A stretch of 32,000 bases of DNA. Source: Pseudoalteromonas tetraodonis. GTDB taxonomy: Bacteria > Pseudomonadota > Gammaproteobacteria > Enterobacterales > Alteromonadaceae. The first letter of the stretch is position 1; each line of letters opens with the position of its first letter. The position numbers and the translations under genes are program-made. Under the pieces are notes generated by a model. The model was not told the DNA's origin. It did not search any database and was given only the letters and a program-made list of their open reading frames with translations. This document shows positions 1-7,496 of this stretch, piece after piece. The DNA lies in the NCBI RefSeq assembly GCF_002310835.1, contig NZ_CP011041.1, forward strand, positions 1,170,001 through 1,202,000, given 5' to 3'.

Positions 1-1
1 T

Positions 2-58
2 ATCAAACAAATTAAAGCACGCTACGAAGCTCCCCTAAAGGAGATATTTCAATGTTAG
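2..58 (+). CDS. Probable C-terminal fragment of Mrp/Mnh antiporter subunit E (5' end lies outside the window)
   Basis: The frame is open from the window edge (IKQIKARYEAPLKEIFQC*). It ends at TAG 56-58 and overlaps the mrpF start at 52, as is typical inside mrp operons. The fragment is too short to identify by sequence. Confidence 0.35.
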   Translation: MKQIKARYEAPLKEIFQC

Positions 59-321
59 ATACAGTATTACTGATTGTTTTTTCAATGGTTGGATTGTCAT
101 TACTACTAAATCTATGGCGACTTATTATTGGTCCATCAGTACCAGATCGTATTTTGGCGCTCGATACAATGTACATTAACGTTATTGCATTGATTATTTT
201 ATATAGCATCAGTATGGGAACAGGTTTATATTTTGAAGCCGCTTTGCTTATCGCAATGTTAGGCTTTATAAGTACGGTGGCAGTATGTAAGTATTTACTT
301 CGTGGCGATATAATTGAGTAA
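52..321 (+). CDS. mrpF: Monovalent cation/H+ antiporter subunit F (MrpF/MnhF/PhaF)
   Basis: 89-aa three-TM protein. The motif LIIGPSxPDRILALD...YLLRG is characteristic of MnhF/PhaF. A GGAG RBS lies upstream and subunit G follows immediately. Confidence 0.85.
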   Translation: MLDTVLLIVFSMVGLSLLLNLWRLIIGPSVPDRILALDTMYINVIALIILYSISMGTGLYFEAALLIAMLGFISTVAVCKYLLRGDIIE

Positions 322-330
322 GGTATTAAA

Positions 331-663
331 ATGATAAGTGAATGGATCGTATCAATATTGCTGTTATTAGGTGGGCTCTTTATTTTAATTGGCTCTATTG
401 GCTTAATTAAACTGCCGGACTTTTTTATGCGTTTACATGGGCCAACTAAAGCAACCACTTTAGGGATGGCAAGTATACTCACGGCTGCGATGGTATTTTT
501 TGCCAATTCAGCTAGTGGCTTAAGCGTAAAAGAAATATTAATCACTATATTTTTATTAATCACGGCGCCCATTAGTGGTTATATGCTAATTAAAACCGCT
601 ATTCATCATAAGTTAAAAGCCAAAGATGGAACGAAAGGACTCGATAATATCGAAAAAGATTAA
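331..663 (+). CDS. mrpG: Monovalent cation/H+ antiporter subunit G (MrpG/MnhG/PhaG)
   Basis: 110-aa protein. The motif GSIGLIKLPDFFMRLHGPTKATTLG is the hallmark MnhG N-terminus. It is the last gene of the operon and is followed by a strong terminator. Confidence 0.85.
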   Translation: MISEWIVSILLLLGGLFILIGSIGLIKLPDFFMRLHGPTKATTLGMASILTAAMVFFANSASGLSVKEILITIFLLITAPISGYMLIKTAIHHKLKAKDGTKGLDNIEKD

Positions 664-681
664 CCCTAACAAACGACAAAA

Positions 682-719
682 AGCCGAATAATGGTAGTTA
701 TTCGGCTTTTTGTTTTTTT
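682..719 (+). terminator. Rho-independent terminator of the mrp operon
   Basis: Perfect 10-bp stem agccgaataa (682-691) / ttattcggct (698-707) with a 6-nt loop, followed by the T-run ttttgttttttt. Confidence 0.8.
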
Positions 720-791
720 GGTTGTTCCCATTTACAACACTTATTGAACATGTGAGTATGGCGTAAATTCAAATACAAAAAGGATATTAAT

Positions 792-1289
792 ATGGGTAAG
801 GTATTACTTTTATCACTACTTATTTTTTCAACTAACTTATATGCAGCGCAAACTACTAAGCAACAAAAAATTGATGAGCTGGTAGAGGTGATGGATATGG
901 ACGCCATGGTTGACTCTATGTATTCTCAAGTTGAGGGCATGATGCAAAATATGTCGGTGCAAATGGGTGTAAAGCCAGATGAAAAGCCAATATTTGATAA
1001 ATATTATGCCGATATGACTGAGGTGCTAAAAACCAAAATGAGCTGGCAAAAAATGCAGCCTATGATGGTTAACCTTTATGATAAGCAATTTAGTGAGCAA
1101 GAGATTAGCGATATGCTCGATTTTTATAAAACAGAGTCAGGGCAAGCTATTTTGAAAAAAATGCCACAGGTGATGCAAGCATCTATGCAAATGTCACAAT
1201 CTTTAGTGCAAGAAGCCATGCCTGAGATCCAAGCAATTGCTGGGCAGCTAGGTGAAGCACTTAAACAATCGCGTAGCGAAGCAAATTAA
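792..1289 (+). CDS. DUF2059-like periplasmic protein
   Basis: Signal peptide (MGKVLLLSLLIFSTNLYA/AQ). Helical, Met/Gln-rich body containing FYKTESGQAILKKMPQ, which I recognise as the DUF2059 signature. Confidence 0.65.
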   Translation: MGKVLLLSLLIFSTNLYAAQTTKQQKIDELVEVMDMDAMVDSMYSQVEGMMQNMSVQMGVKPDEKPIFDKYYADMTEVLKTKMSWQKMQPMMVNLYDKQFSEQEISDMLDFYKTESGQAILKKMPQVMQASMQMSQSLVQEAMPEIQAIAGQLGEALKQSRSEAN

Positions 1290-1334
1290 ATTATTGTTAA
1301 CCTAACTCTTAGCAAAATAACGTCTACATTTTCT

Positions 1335-1358
1335 AGCAGTCACTATTTTGTGACTGCT
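1335..1358 (+). terminator. Candidate terminator hairpin after the DUF2059 gene
   Basis: 9-bp perfect stem agcagtcac (1335-1343) / gtgactgct (1350-1358) with loop tatttt. The downstream stretch is only moderately T-rich. Confidence 0.5.
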
Positions 1359-1438
1359 GTATTCTTCCTCTTCTTTAAGCAAACGTAATCACTTATTTAA
1401 TGTGCCGATAACGCATTCCCTGAGTTTTAAAATAGCGG

Positions 1439-1469
1439 TTGACCTGTGTGTTACACATAGGTTTATTAT
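1439..1469 (+). promoter_or_regulatory. MerR-type promoter and operator with a 19-bp spacer
   Basis: TTGACC (1439-1444), exactly 19 bp of spacer, then TATTAT (1464-1469). The spacer holds the dyad ACCTGTGTGT-T-ACACATAGGT (1442-1462), with 9 of 10 arm positions complementary. The site lies about 30 bp upstream of the merR-family ATG. Confidence 0.6.
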
Positions 1470-1498
1470 ATCACTATTAAAACCCGATGGAGTGAGTT

Positions 1499-1936
1499 AT
1501 GTATGTTAAACAGCTAGCTAAAATCATGGAAGTGACCCAAGATACAGTGCGGCACTACACGCGTATAAAGTTACTTAACCCCATTCGTAGCCAAAGCAAT
1601 GGCTATCAAGTGTATACCGCTGCCGATCAACAGCGTTTAAAGTTTATTATTAGTGCACGGCAACTTGGTTTTTCTATTAAAGATATTCAGCAAATAGTTG
1701 CTCAGTCGGAGCAAGGGAATTGTCCGTGTCCACTGACACGACAATTAATAGCAAAGCGACTTGAAGAAACAGAGCGGCTATTTCAAGAAACACTCAAACT
1801 AAGAACGCGTATGCAAGCAGCGGTAAAACAGTGGGAAAACTCAAGCGATGGTGCCGCAAGTGCTGATATATGTAGTTTAATTGAGACCTTTGTAGATCCC
1901 CTTAACGAACAAGTTAGTTCCGAGGAAACAAAATGA
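1499..1936 (+). CDS. MerR-family metal-responsive transcriptional regulator (heavy-metal subfamily, atypical Cys pattern)
   Basis: N-terminal MerR HTH ([24 protein letters not shown]...[16 protein letters not shown]), a long coiled-coil, and Cys74/Cys76 (CPCP) plus Cys125. The stop overlaps the copA start (ATGA at 1933-1936). Confidence 0.85.
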   Translation: MYVKQLAKIMEVTQDTVRHYTRIKLLNPIRSQSNGYQVYTAADQQRLKFIISARQLGFSIKDIQQIVAQSEQGNCPCPLTRQLIAKRLEETERLFQETLKLRTRMQAAVKQWENSSDGAASADICSLIETFVDPLNEQVSSEETK

Positions 1937-4176
1937 GCAACAATAAAGACACAGTGCAAAATTTTATAATTGAAGGCGCCAATTGCGGCAGCTGCGTCGC
2001 AAAAATAGAAAAAGCGCTAAAAAGCGTATCAGGTGCGCAGCGTGTTGAAATGAACTTTGCTGATCGCAGTGTGCAAGTTGAAGGCAATGCGCCATCAGCA
2101 GAGCTGATTGAAGCAGTCGAAAATATTGGTTACAAGGCTAAGCCAATGAATAGCGAGTCGGAGCAAGACGCGCTAGATGAAAAAGCCAAAGCCGATAACG
2201 CACATTATAAAAAGCTAATGCGTAATATGGTATTGGCGCTAGGCGTTGGCGCTCCGCTTATGTTGTATGGGCTTATTTTTGATATGAGTGTTACCACCAA
2301 CGCGCAGCGCATTGGCTGGTTTATTGTTGGTATAGTCACTTTAGTGGTTATGGCCATTGCGGGTAAACAGTTTTACAACGGCGCATGGCAGTCATTTAAA
2401 AACCACACCGCCAATATGGATACACTGATTGCATTGGGCACAGGTACCGCGTGGTTGTATTCTATGGTGGTAGTCATTGCGCCAAGCGTGTTACCCGAGG
2501 TGGCTAGGCATGTTTATTTTGAAGCCTCAGCGATGATCATCGGTTTAATTAGCCTAGGCCTTGCCTTTGAAGTAAAAGCCCGCGGTCGTACTTCTGAGGC
2601 GATAAAACGCTTAATCGGTTTGCAGCCAAAAACCGCTCGGGTAGTGCGTGATAACAAAGAGCAAGATATAGCTATTAGTGAGGTACTAAAAAACGAGACT
2701 GTGCGTGTACGCCCCGGTGAAAAAATCCCTGTGGATGGTGAAGTCATTGAAGGTCGCAGCTCAGTGGATGAGTCAATGCTCACGGGTGAGCCTATGCCAG
2801 TGAACAAAACTGAGGGCGATACCATTGTTGCAGGCAGCATTAATAAAAGTGGCACGTTGCTATTTAAAGCCACCCATATTGGCAGTGAAACCACACTTGC
2901 CAGTATTATTAATATGGTTAAACGAGCACAAAATTCTAAACCCTCCATAGGGCATTTAGCCGATGTAATATCCGGCGTATTTGTTCCTACGGTAATGATT
3001 ATTGCAGTGCTCGCGGGCCTTGCTTGGCTTAATTTTGGTCCCGAGCCGAGCATTGCTTATGCGGTAGTGGCCGTGACTACGGTGCTTATCATTGCCTGTC
3101 CGTGTGCGCTGGGTTTAGCAACCCCTATGTCAATTATGGTTGGGATAGGTAAAGCCGCTGAATCGGGAATACTTATCCGTAATGGAGAAGCGCTGCAAAC
3201 TACCTCTAAAATAACCACCATGATTTTAGATAAAACCGGCACGATCACAGAAGGTAAACCCACCGTTACCGATATCATTAATTTTAATGATAGCGATAAA
3301 GTACACGTCCTTAAGCTTGCTGCTAGTCTTGAAAGCGGCTCTGAGCATCCTTTAGCACAAGCTATTGTAAGTTATACTGAAAATGAAGATATCACGATTG
3401 AAAAAGTCAGCGATTTTAACGCTGTGACGGGGAAAGGTGTTACAGGCACATTTGATGGACAAACTTTATTGTTTGGCAATGAAGCGCTTATGAGCCAACA
3501 TAATATCAGTATTGCAGAGGCAAAAGAGCAAGCTGAGCAATTAGCCAGCGCCGCTAAAACGCCAATGTATTTTGCTATTGATACCCAACTACAAGCCATT
3601 ATAGCGGTAGCCGATCCGATAAAAGACGATTCAGCAGAGGCCATTAAACGTCTACAAAAAAAAGGTATCCATGTTGTTATGCTGACCGGTGATAACCAAG
3701 CTACCGCTAAAGCCGTCGCTAACAAAGTCGGTATTAAGGACTTTATTGCCCAAGTAATGCCTGATGACAAAGCCAGTGAAGTAACTAAACGCCAAGCTAA
3801 AGGTGAAATAGTCGGTATGACGGGTGATGGTATAAACGATGCGCCGGCACTGGCACAGGCCGATGTTGGGTTTGCTATTGGCACTGGCACCGATGTGGCG
3901 ATAGAAAGCGCTGATATCACCTTAATGCGTGGTTCATTACAGAGTCTTGGCGATGCCATTGCGGTTAGTAGCGCCACTATAGTCAATATTAAGCAAAATT
4001 TATTTGGTGCATTTATTTACAATGTGGCAGGTATTCCAATTGCTGCGGGGCTGTTATATCCATTCTTTGGTATATTACTCAACCCGGTTGTTGCAGGTGC
4101 TGCTATGGCGTTGTCATCACTAACTGTGGTCACAAACGCCAATCGCCTGCGCTTTTTTAAACCCAGTAAATCGTAA
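1933..4176 (+). CDS. copA: Copper(I)-translocating P1B-type ATPase
   Basis: One N-terminal HMA domain ([12 protein letters not shown]), TGE, CPC ([11 protein letters not shown]), DKTGT and GDGINDAP. The Cu(I)-type TM signatures are YNVAGIP (YN-x4-P) and MALSS (M-xx-SS). Confidence 0.92.
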   Translation: MSNNKDTVQNFIIEGANCGSCVAKIEKALKSVSGAQRVEMNFADRSVQVEGNAPSAELIEAVENIGYKAKPMNSESEQDALDEKAKADNAHYKKLMRNMVLALGVGAPLMLYGLIFDMSVTTNAQRIGWFIVGIVTLVVMAIAGKQFYNGAWQSFKNHTANMDTLIALGTGTAWLYSMVVVIAPSVLPEVARHVYFEASAMIIGLISLGLAFEVKARGRTSEAIKRLIGLQPKTARVVRDNKEQDIAISEVLKNETVRVRPGEKIPVDGEVIEGRSSVDESMLTGEPMPVNKTEGDTIVAGSINKSGTLLFKATHIGSETTLASIINMVKRAQNSKPSIGHLADVISGVFVPTVMIIAVLAGLAWLNFGPEPSIAYAVVAVTTVLIIACPCALGLATPMSIMVGIGKAAESGILIRNGEALQTTSKITTMILDKTGTITEGKPTVTDIINFNDSDKVHVLKLAASLESGSEHPLAQAIVSYTENEDITIEKVSDFNAVTGKGVTGTFDGQTLLFGNEALMSQHNISIAEAKEQAEQLASAAKTPMYFAIDTQLQAIIAVADPIKDDSAEAIKRLQKKGIHVVMLTGDNQATAKAVANKVGIKDFIAQVMPDDKASEVTKRQAKGEIVGMTGDGINDAPALAQADVGFAIGTGTDVAIESADITLMRGSLQSLGDAIAVSSATIVNIKQNLFGAFIYNVAGIPIAAGLLYPFFGILLNPVVAGAAMALSSLTVVTNANRLRFFKPSKS

Positions 4177-4198
4177 TTTTATAAATAGGAGTAGCATT

Positions 4199-4552
4199 AT
4201 GTTGATGATCAATATACTTGGTGCGTTGTTAATTGCGGTTATTATATACTGGTTTTGGCTATACAAACCTAAGCAAGTGCAGAGTAATAATAACAAAATA
4301 ACGATAGTGGTTAATAACGGCGTTTATTATCCTGCCCATATTAAAGTGGCTGCTGATAAAAAAATAACGCTGACGTTTAATCGACAAGACAGCGCCCCAT
4401 GCGCCGAAACGGTGGTGTTTCCTTCACTCGATATCAGTAAAACGCTCGCTATGGGTGAAAATAACACTGTTGAGCTGCCGGCACTTAAAGTGGGTGAATA
4501 TGCTTTTCATTGCCAAATGCAAATGTATAAAGGCACGTTAGTAGTGTCTTGA
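4199..4552 (+). CDS. Membrane-anchored cupredoxin-like domain protein
   Basis: N-terminal TM helix followed by a roughly 90-aa beta-rich domain. It has Cys67 (APCAETVVFP) and a C-terminal FHCQMQMYKGTLVV motif, and sits 22 bp downstream of copA. Confidence 0.6.
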   Translation: MLMINILGALLIAVIIYWFWLYKPKQVQSNNNKITIVVNNGVYYPAHIKVAADKKITLTFNRQDSAPCAETVVFPSLDISKTLAMGENNTVELPALKVGEYAFHCQMQMYKGTLVVS

Positions 4553-4621
4553 ATATCAGATTAATAAAACTAAAAATGGCTCTGATGCGTATGTTCAAGC
4601 AGAAAACTTAGAAGGCGTAGT

Positions 4622-4837
4622 ATGAATAAATTAAATCCTAAAAAACTGCTTAATAGTAAATGGACAGCGATCCCAGCAATTAATAAGGATAAACATTTTA
4701 TTATTGTTGAGGTTGAGTTTGATGAAGACGGCAACGTCATTGAATGTATCACTGAGGCGGTAATGTCAAAAAACCAATACCCAATCCAGTGGCGCGATTT
4801 AAAAGATCAACAAAAATGGTTGCAAGGTTGGAAATAA
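4622..4837 (+). CDS. TIGR02450-like tryptophan-rich small protein
   Basis: 71 aa. SKWTA...KHFIIVEVEFDEDG...WRDLKD..KWLQGW resembles the Trp-rich conserved hypothetical family as I recall it. Confidence 0.55.
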   Translation: MNKLNPKKLLNSKWTAIPAINKDKHFIIVEVEFDEDGNVIECITEAVMSKNQYPIQWRDLKDQQKWLQGWK

Positions 4838-4864
4838 AGCAGGCTGTTTAAAACACATTGCTCA

Positions 4865-4910
4865 CGCTCATAGCCCTTATGAGTATGAGCGACTAGTTTA
4901 TTGTTTTTTA
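4865..4910 (+). terminator. Candidate terminator after the Trp-rich protein gene
   Basis: 8-bp stem cgctcata (4865-4872) / tatgagcg (4884-4891) with an 11-nt loop, followed by tttattgtttttt. Confidence 0.45.
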
Positions 4911-5297
4911 GAGCAACACATTGCTAGCGACTCTCCTCTATTACAGCTTGTTTTCATCCCAATTCGCCATTTGGCAACAAAACGATAGTTTTTAAATCGT
5001 TCTTCAAAAGTTTTTATAAAAAATAATAGAAAAATTATTTTAGTTATTATATTTCAATGCGTTATGCGTATTATTTTATACCGTTAAAGTAAGTATGTCG
5101 GATGTGTTCAGAGTCGGTTTATTCTCATAACTGCTCTAAACATGATTTTTCCGGTTTTTTCATTCCCATGTCTCTTTTTATTATAATTTAACTTATTGAT
5201 TTTAAATGTTTATTTATTTCAGCCTCAGTGGTTGTTGCTAAAAAGCAACAAAATCATGGTTTATTTTTATTAAAATGCTTCAAAATCATTCTAACTG

Positions 5298-5325
5298 CAT
5301 GTTTTTAAATAACTTTAAAAACATG
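5298..5325. repeat. Perfect 12-bp inverted repeat (candidate operator or RNA hairpin) upstream of the EF-hand genes
   Basis: catgtttttaaa (5298-5309), spacer taac, tttaaaaacatg (5314-5325). It ends 90 bp upstream of the ATG at 5416. Confidence 0.6.
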
Positions 5326-5415
5326 GCATCGAAGTTGTAATACCTAAGCTGTATTTAGCAAAAAACGTGATAAAGCACATCGCTTCATCACACAACCTAA
5401 TGAAGGAATTACATT

Positions 5416-5628
5416 ATGAAAACACTTAAATCAACACTGGTATTAATGGCTTTAGCTTCTTCATCAGCGGCTTTTGCAGCAACCGATTTTGACACACTCG
5501 ATGTGGATGGCAACGGCGCTATTAGCCAAGCTGAAGCATCAGTTGACGCCTCACTTATGAGCCAGTTTACTGAGCTTGATACTGACCAAAACGGTGAGTT
5601 ATCTAAAGCAGAGTTTTCTAAGGCGTAA
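5416..5628 (+). CDS. Secreted mini EF-hand calcium-binding protein, paralog 1
   Basis: Signal peptide MKTLKSTLVLMALASSSAAFA. Two canonical 12-residue EF loops, DVDGNGAISQAE and DTDQNGELSKAE. GAAGGA RBS. Confidence 0.8.
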   Translation: MKTLKSTLVLMALASSSAAFAATDFDTLDVDGNGAISQAEASVDASLMSQFTELDTDQNGELSKAEFSKA

Positions 5629-5788
5629 CCAGCTTTAGTGCTCAATACTACTACTGATTCTGAGTTGCCCAAGACAACCTAAATAGGCAAGGGAGCTTAT
5701 GACAAAGAATCGCAAGGATATGAGGTTGATAGTTTTGAGCCAATTATTTTTTATTTGACGAACATTGCACACTTTGAAGGATTATATT

Positions 5789-6001
5789 ATGAAAAAGTTA
5801 CAATCAACACTGGTATTAATGGCGCTTGCTTCTTCATCTGCAGTATTTGCAAGCACAGACTTTGAAACGCTTGATGTAGATGGTAGTGGCACCATCAGCC
5901 AAGCAGAGGCATCGGTTGCTGCACAGCTTTTGGAGCAGTTTGCAGAGCTAGATGTAGATGGTAATGGTGAACTTTCTAAAGACGAATTTTCAGCGTATTA
6001 G
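5789..6001 (+). CDS. Secreted mini EF-hand calcium-binding protein, paralog 2
   Basis: The ORF track starts at TTG 5765. The ATG at 5789 has a GAAGGA RBS and gives an N-terminus (MKKLQSTLVLMALASSSAVFA) colinear with paralogs 1 and 3. EF loops are DVDGSGTISQAE and DVDGNGELSKDE. Confidence 0.8.
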   Translation: MKKLQSTLVLMALASSSAVFASTDFETLDVDGSGTISQAEASVAAQLLEQFAELDVDGNGELSKDEFSAY

Positions 6002-6070
6002 TTTCCCTTAAGGATCTTTGAAAAGGACTTCTTACCATTTTAATTAAGGCATTTAGCCTAAGGATTAATT

Positions 6071-6286
6071 ATGAAAACATTTACTAAAACACTCGCTTTA
6101 ATTGCACTTGCTTCATCTTCAGCGGCTTTTGCTGCGGTTGACTTTGATTCTTTCGATACTGATGGCGACGGCGTCATTAGCCAGTCTGAAGCACAAGCTA
6201 ACTCACAACTAGCTCAATTATTTGATGATTTAGATGTTGATAGCAACGGTGAGCTTTCAAAAGAAGAGTTCGCAAAAATTCAGTAA
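6071..6286 (+). CDS. Secreted mini EF-hand calcium-binding protein, paralog 3
   Basis: Signal peptide MKTFTKTLALIALASSSAAFA. EF loops DTDGDGVISQSE and DVDSNGELSKEE. AAGGA RBS. Confidence 0.8.
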   Translation: MKTFTKTLALIALASSSAAFAAVDFDSFDTDGDGVISQSEAQANSQLAQLFDDLDVDSNGELSKEEFAKIQ

Positions 6287-6336
6287 TTATATTACGGATG
6301 AAAGCGTTTATGTAATTTATAAACGAGACATAAAAA

Positions 6337-6369
6337 GCAGCTAAGTAGTAAATACTCAGCTGCTTTTTT
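6337..6369 (+). terminator. Rho-independent terminator after the EF-hand cluster
   Basis: Stem gcagctaagta (6337-6347) / tactcagctgc (6353-6363) with one mismatch, followed by tttttt. Confidence 0.75.
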
Positions 6370-6517
6370 GTGCGTGGCGAGAAATAGTGTGTGCAGTTGT
6401 CACTAAAATAGTGCAATGGCGTCAATGAATTTAAATTAAGTTATTGATTTTTAAGTTCTTTAATTTTTGGTTTTAAACTTGCTTAGCTGTTGATTAGGGT
6501 ATTTAAGGAGCCTAACT

Positions 6518-7465
6518 ATGGCGAGAATGAGTTATATAAGTAGTGTTGAGCGCTATAACGAATATGAGCAGATAATACATAGCTTATTAGAATCAATTTT
6601 AATGAGTATAGATGACGGCATCGCTAATAATCGTGATATGCGCTATTTAACAAAGCATTATCCTTTTTTAGAATTACAATACTGTTTGGACGAGAAGGGC
6701 TCACAACAGGGCAATAACGTTTGCTTTAAACGTGCCTACAATAAAAAATTGGCACAGAGAGGCAATAATCAGGATTTAAGTGAGCGGCCTTATTTTTTAA
6801 ATGTAAAAGCCTGTAATGCTATTTGTTTTACTGCGCCTTATATTTCTATTGCGACCAACCATTTATGTATATCTTCGATTAAAGAATTAAACAAACCTAT
6901 CAATAATCAGCATTATTTAGTTGTTGATGTAAGTTTAACGCAGCTTATTGAGTTTGTGATGGGTGATACCGCTCGTGCGACTATGTCACCTTATTTTAAA
7001 GCAGGTTATGGAATTATTGTGGCGTGCTTATTTAGTTTGGTGCTTTTTTTACTCAACATCGTATTTATCGACATCTATGAATTAATAACTCACGTAAATA
7101 GTTCGTCCGATCCCCTAGAACCCTTTAGCATCATCATTTATATCACGTTAGCATTGGCTGTTTTTGATCTTGGCAAAACAATTCTTGAGGAAGAAATCCT
7201 CATGCATAAAGATATTTTTAGACACTCATCAACACGACGAACCATTACCCGGTTTATCTCTACCGTGTTAATTGCTATATCAATTGAAGCACTACTCACT
7301 ATGTTTAAAGCCGCATTAGGGCAATCAGAGTATTTAATGCCAGCTATAGCGATGATGCTTGCAGTGGTGGGACTTTTAATTGCTTTAGCGATATATGTGT
7401 ATTTAGGGGCAAAAGCTGAAACATTGCTTACACAGGCACGGGTAAAACTAAAATCCTCCGAGTAG
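6518..7465 (+). CDS. Cache/PDC-like sensor domain fused to a 4-TM C-terminal module (no recognisable output domain)
   Basis: There is no N-terminal signal peptide or TM helix. Residues around 85-150 (DLSERPYFLNVKA...FTAPYISIATNHLCISSIKEL...YLVVDVSL) match the RPWY...PY.s..tg...is pattern of Cache/PDC domains. Four hydrophobic helices follow in residues around 165-300. Confidence 0.5.
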   Translation: MARMSYISSVERYNEYEQIIHSLLESILMSIDDGIANNRDMRYLTKHYPFLELQYCLDEKGSQQGNNVCFKRAYNKKLAQRGNNQDLSERPYFLNVKACNAICFTAPYISIATNHLCISSIKELNKPINNQHYLVVDVSLTQLIEFVMGDTARATMSPYFKAGYGIIVACLFSLVLFLLNIVFIDIYELITHVNSSSDPLEPFSIIIYITLALAVFDLGKTILEEEILMHKDIFRHSSTRRTITRFISTVLIAISIEALLTMFKAALGQSEYLMPAIAMMLAVVGLLIALAIYVYLGAKAETLLTQARVKLKSSE

Positions 7466-7474
7466 GAGGATTTT
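7451..7474. terminator. Hairpin spanning the stop codon, a possible shared terminator of convergent genes
   Basis: aaatcctcc (7451-7459) / ggaggattt (7465-7473) with a 5-nt loop and a short T-run. It lies between the convergent 6518..7465 (+) and 7497..9110 (-) genes. Confidence 0.5.
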
Positions 7475-7496
7475 AAATAGTAATGTTTAATTGTAT

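Noticed and set aside
12-572. 186-aa minus-strand ORF
   Set aside because: It is fully antisense to the well-supported mrpF and mrpG genes and has a low-complexity Ile/Lys/Asn-rich translation typical of a shadow ORF in AT-rich DNA.
2514-3986. Three long minus-strand ORFs (179, 73 and 204 aa) inside copA
   Set aside because: They are shadow ORFs antisense to a P-type ATPase whose motifs are all intact. They have no RBS or recognisable domains and a Ser/Ala/Pro-rich composition.
5409-5672. 87-aa minus-strand ORF overlapping EF-hand paralog 1. Similar small antisense or overlapping ORFs occur at 698-907, 4570-4752, 6198-6425, 8051-8257, 9300-9808, 10297-10524, 11148-11558, 12475-12880, 15251-15577, 19473-19739, 20713-20991, 21552-21776, 22388-22636, 23655-23849, 26722-26925, 27284-28222, 28700-29315 and 31485-31721
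   Set aside because: Each lies within or antisense to a confidently identified gene, lacks a ribosome-binding site or recognisable motif, and is best explained as a chance open frame.
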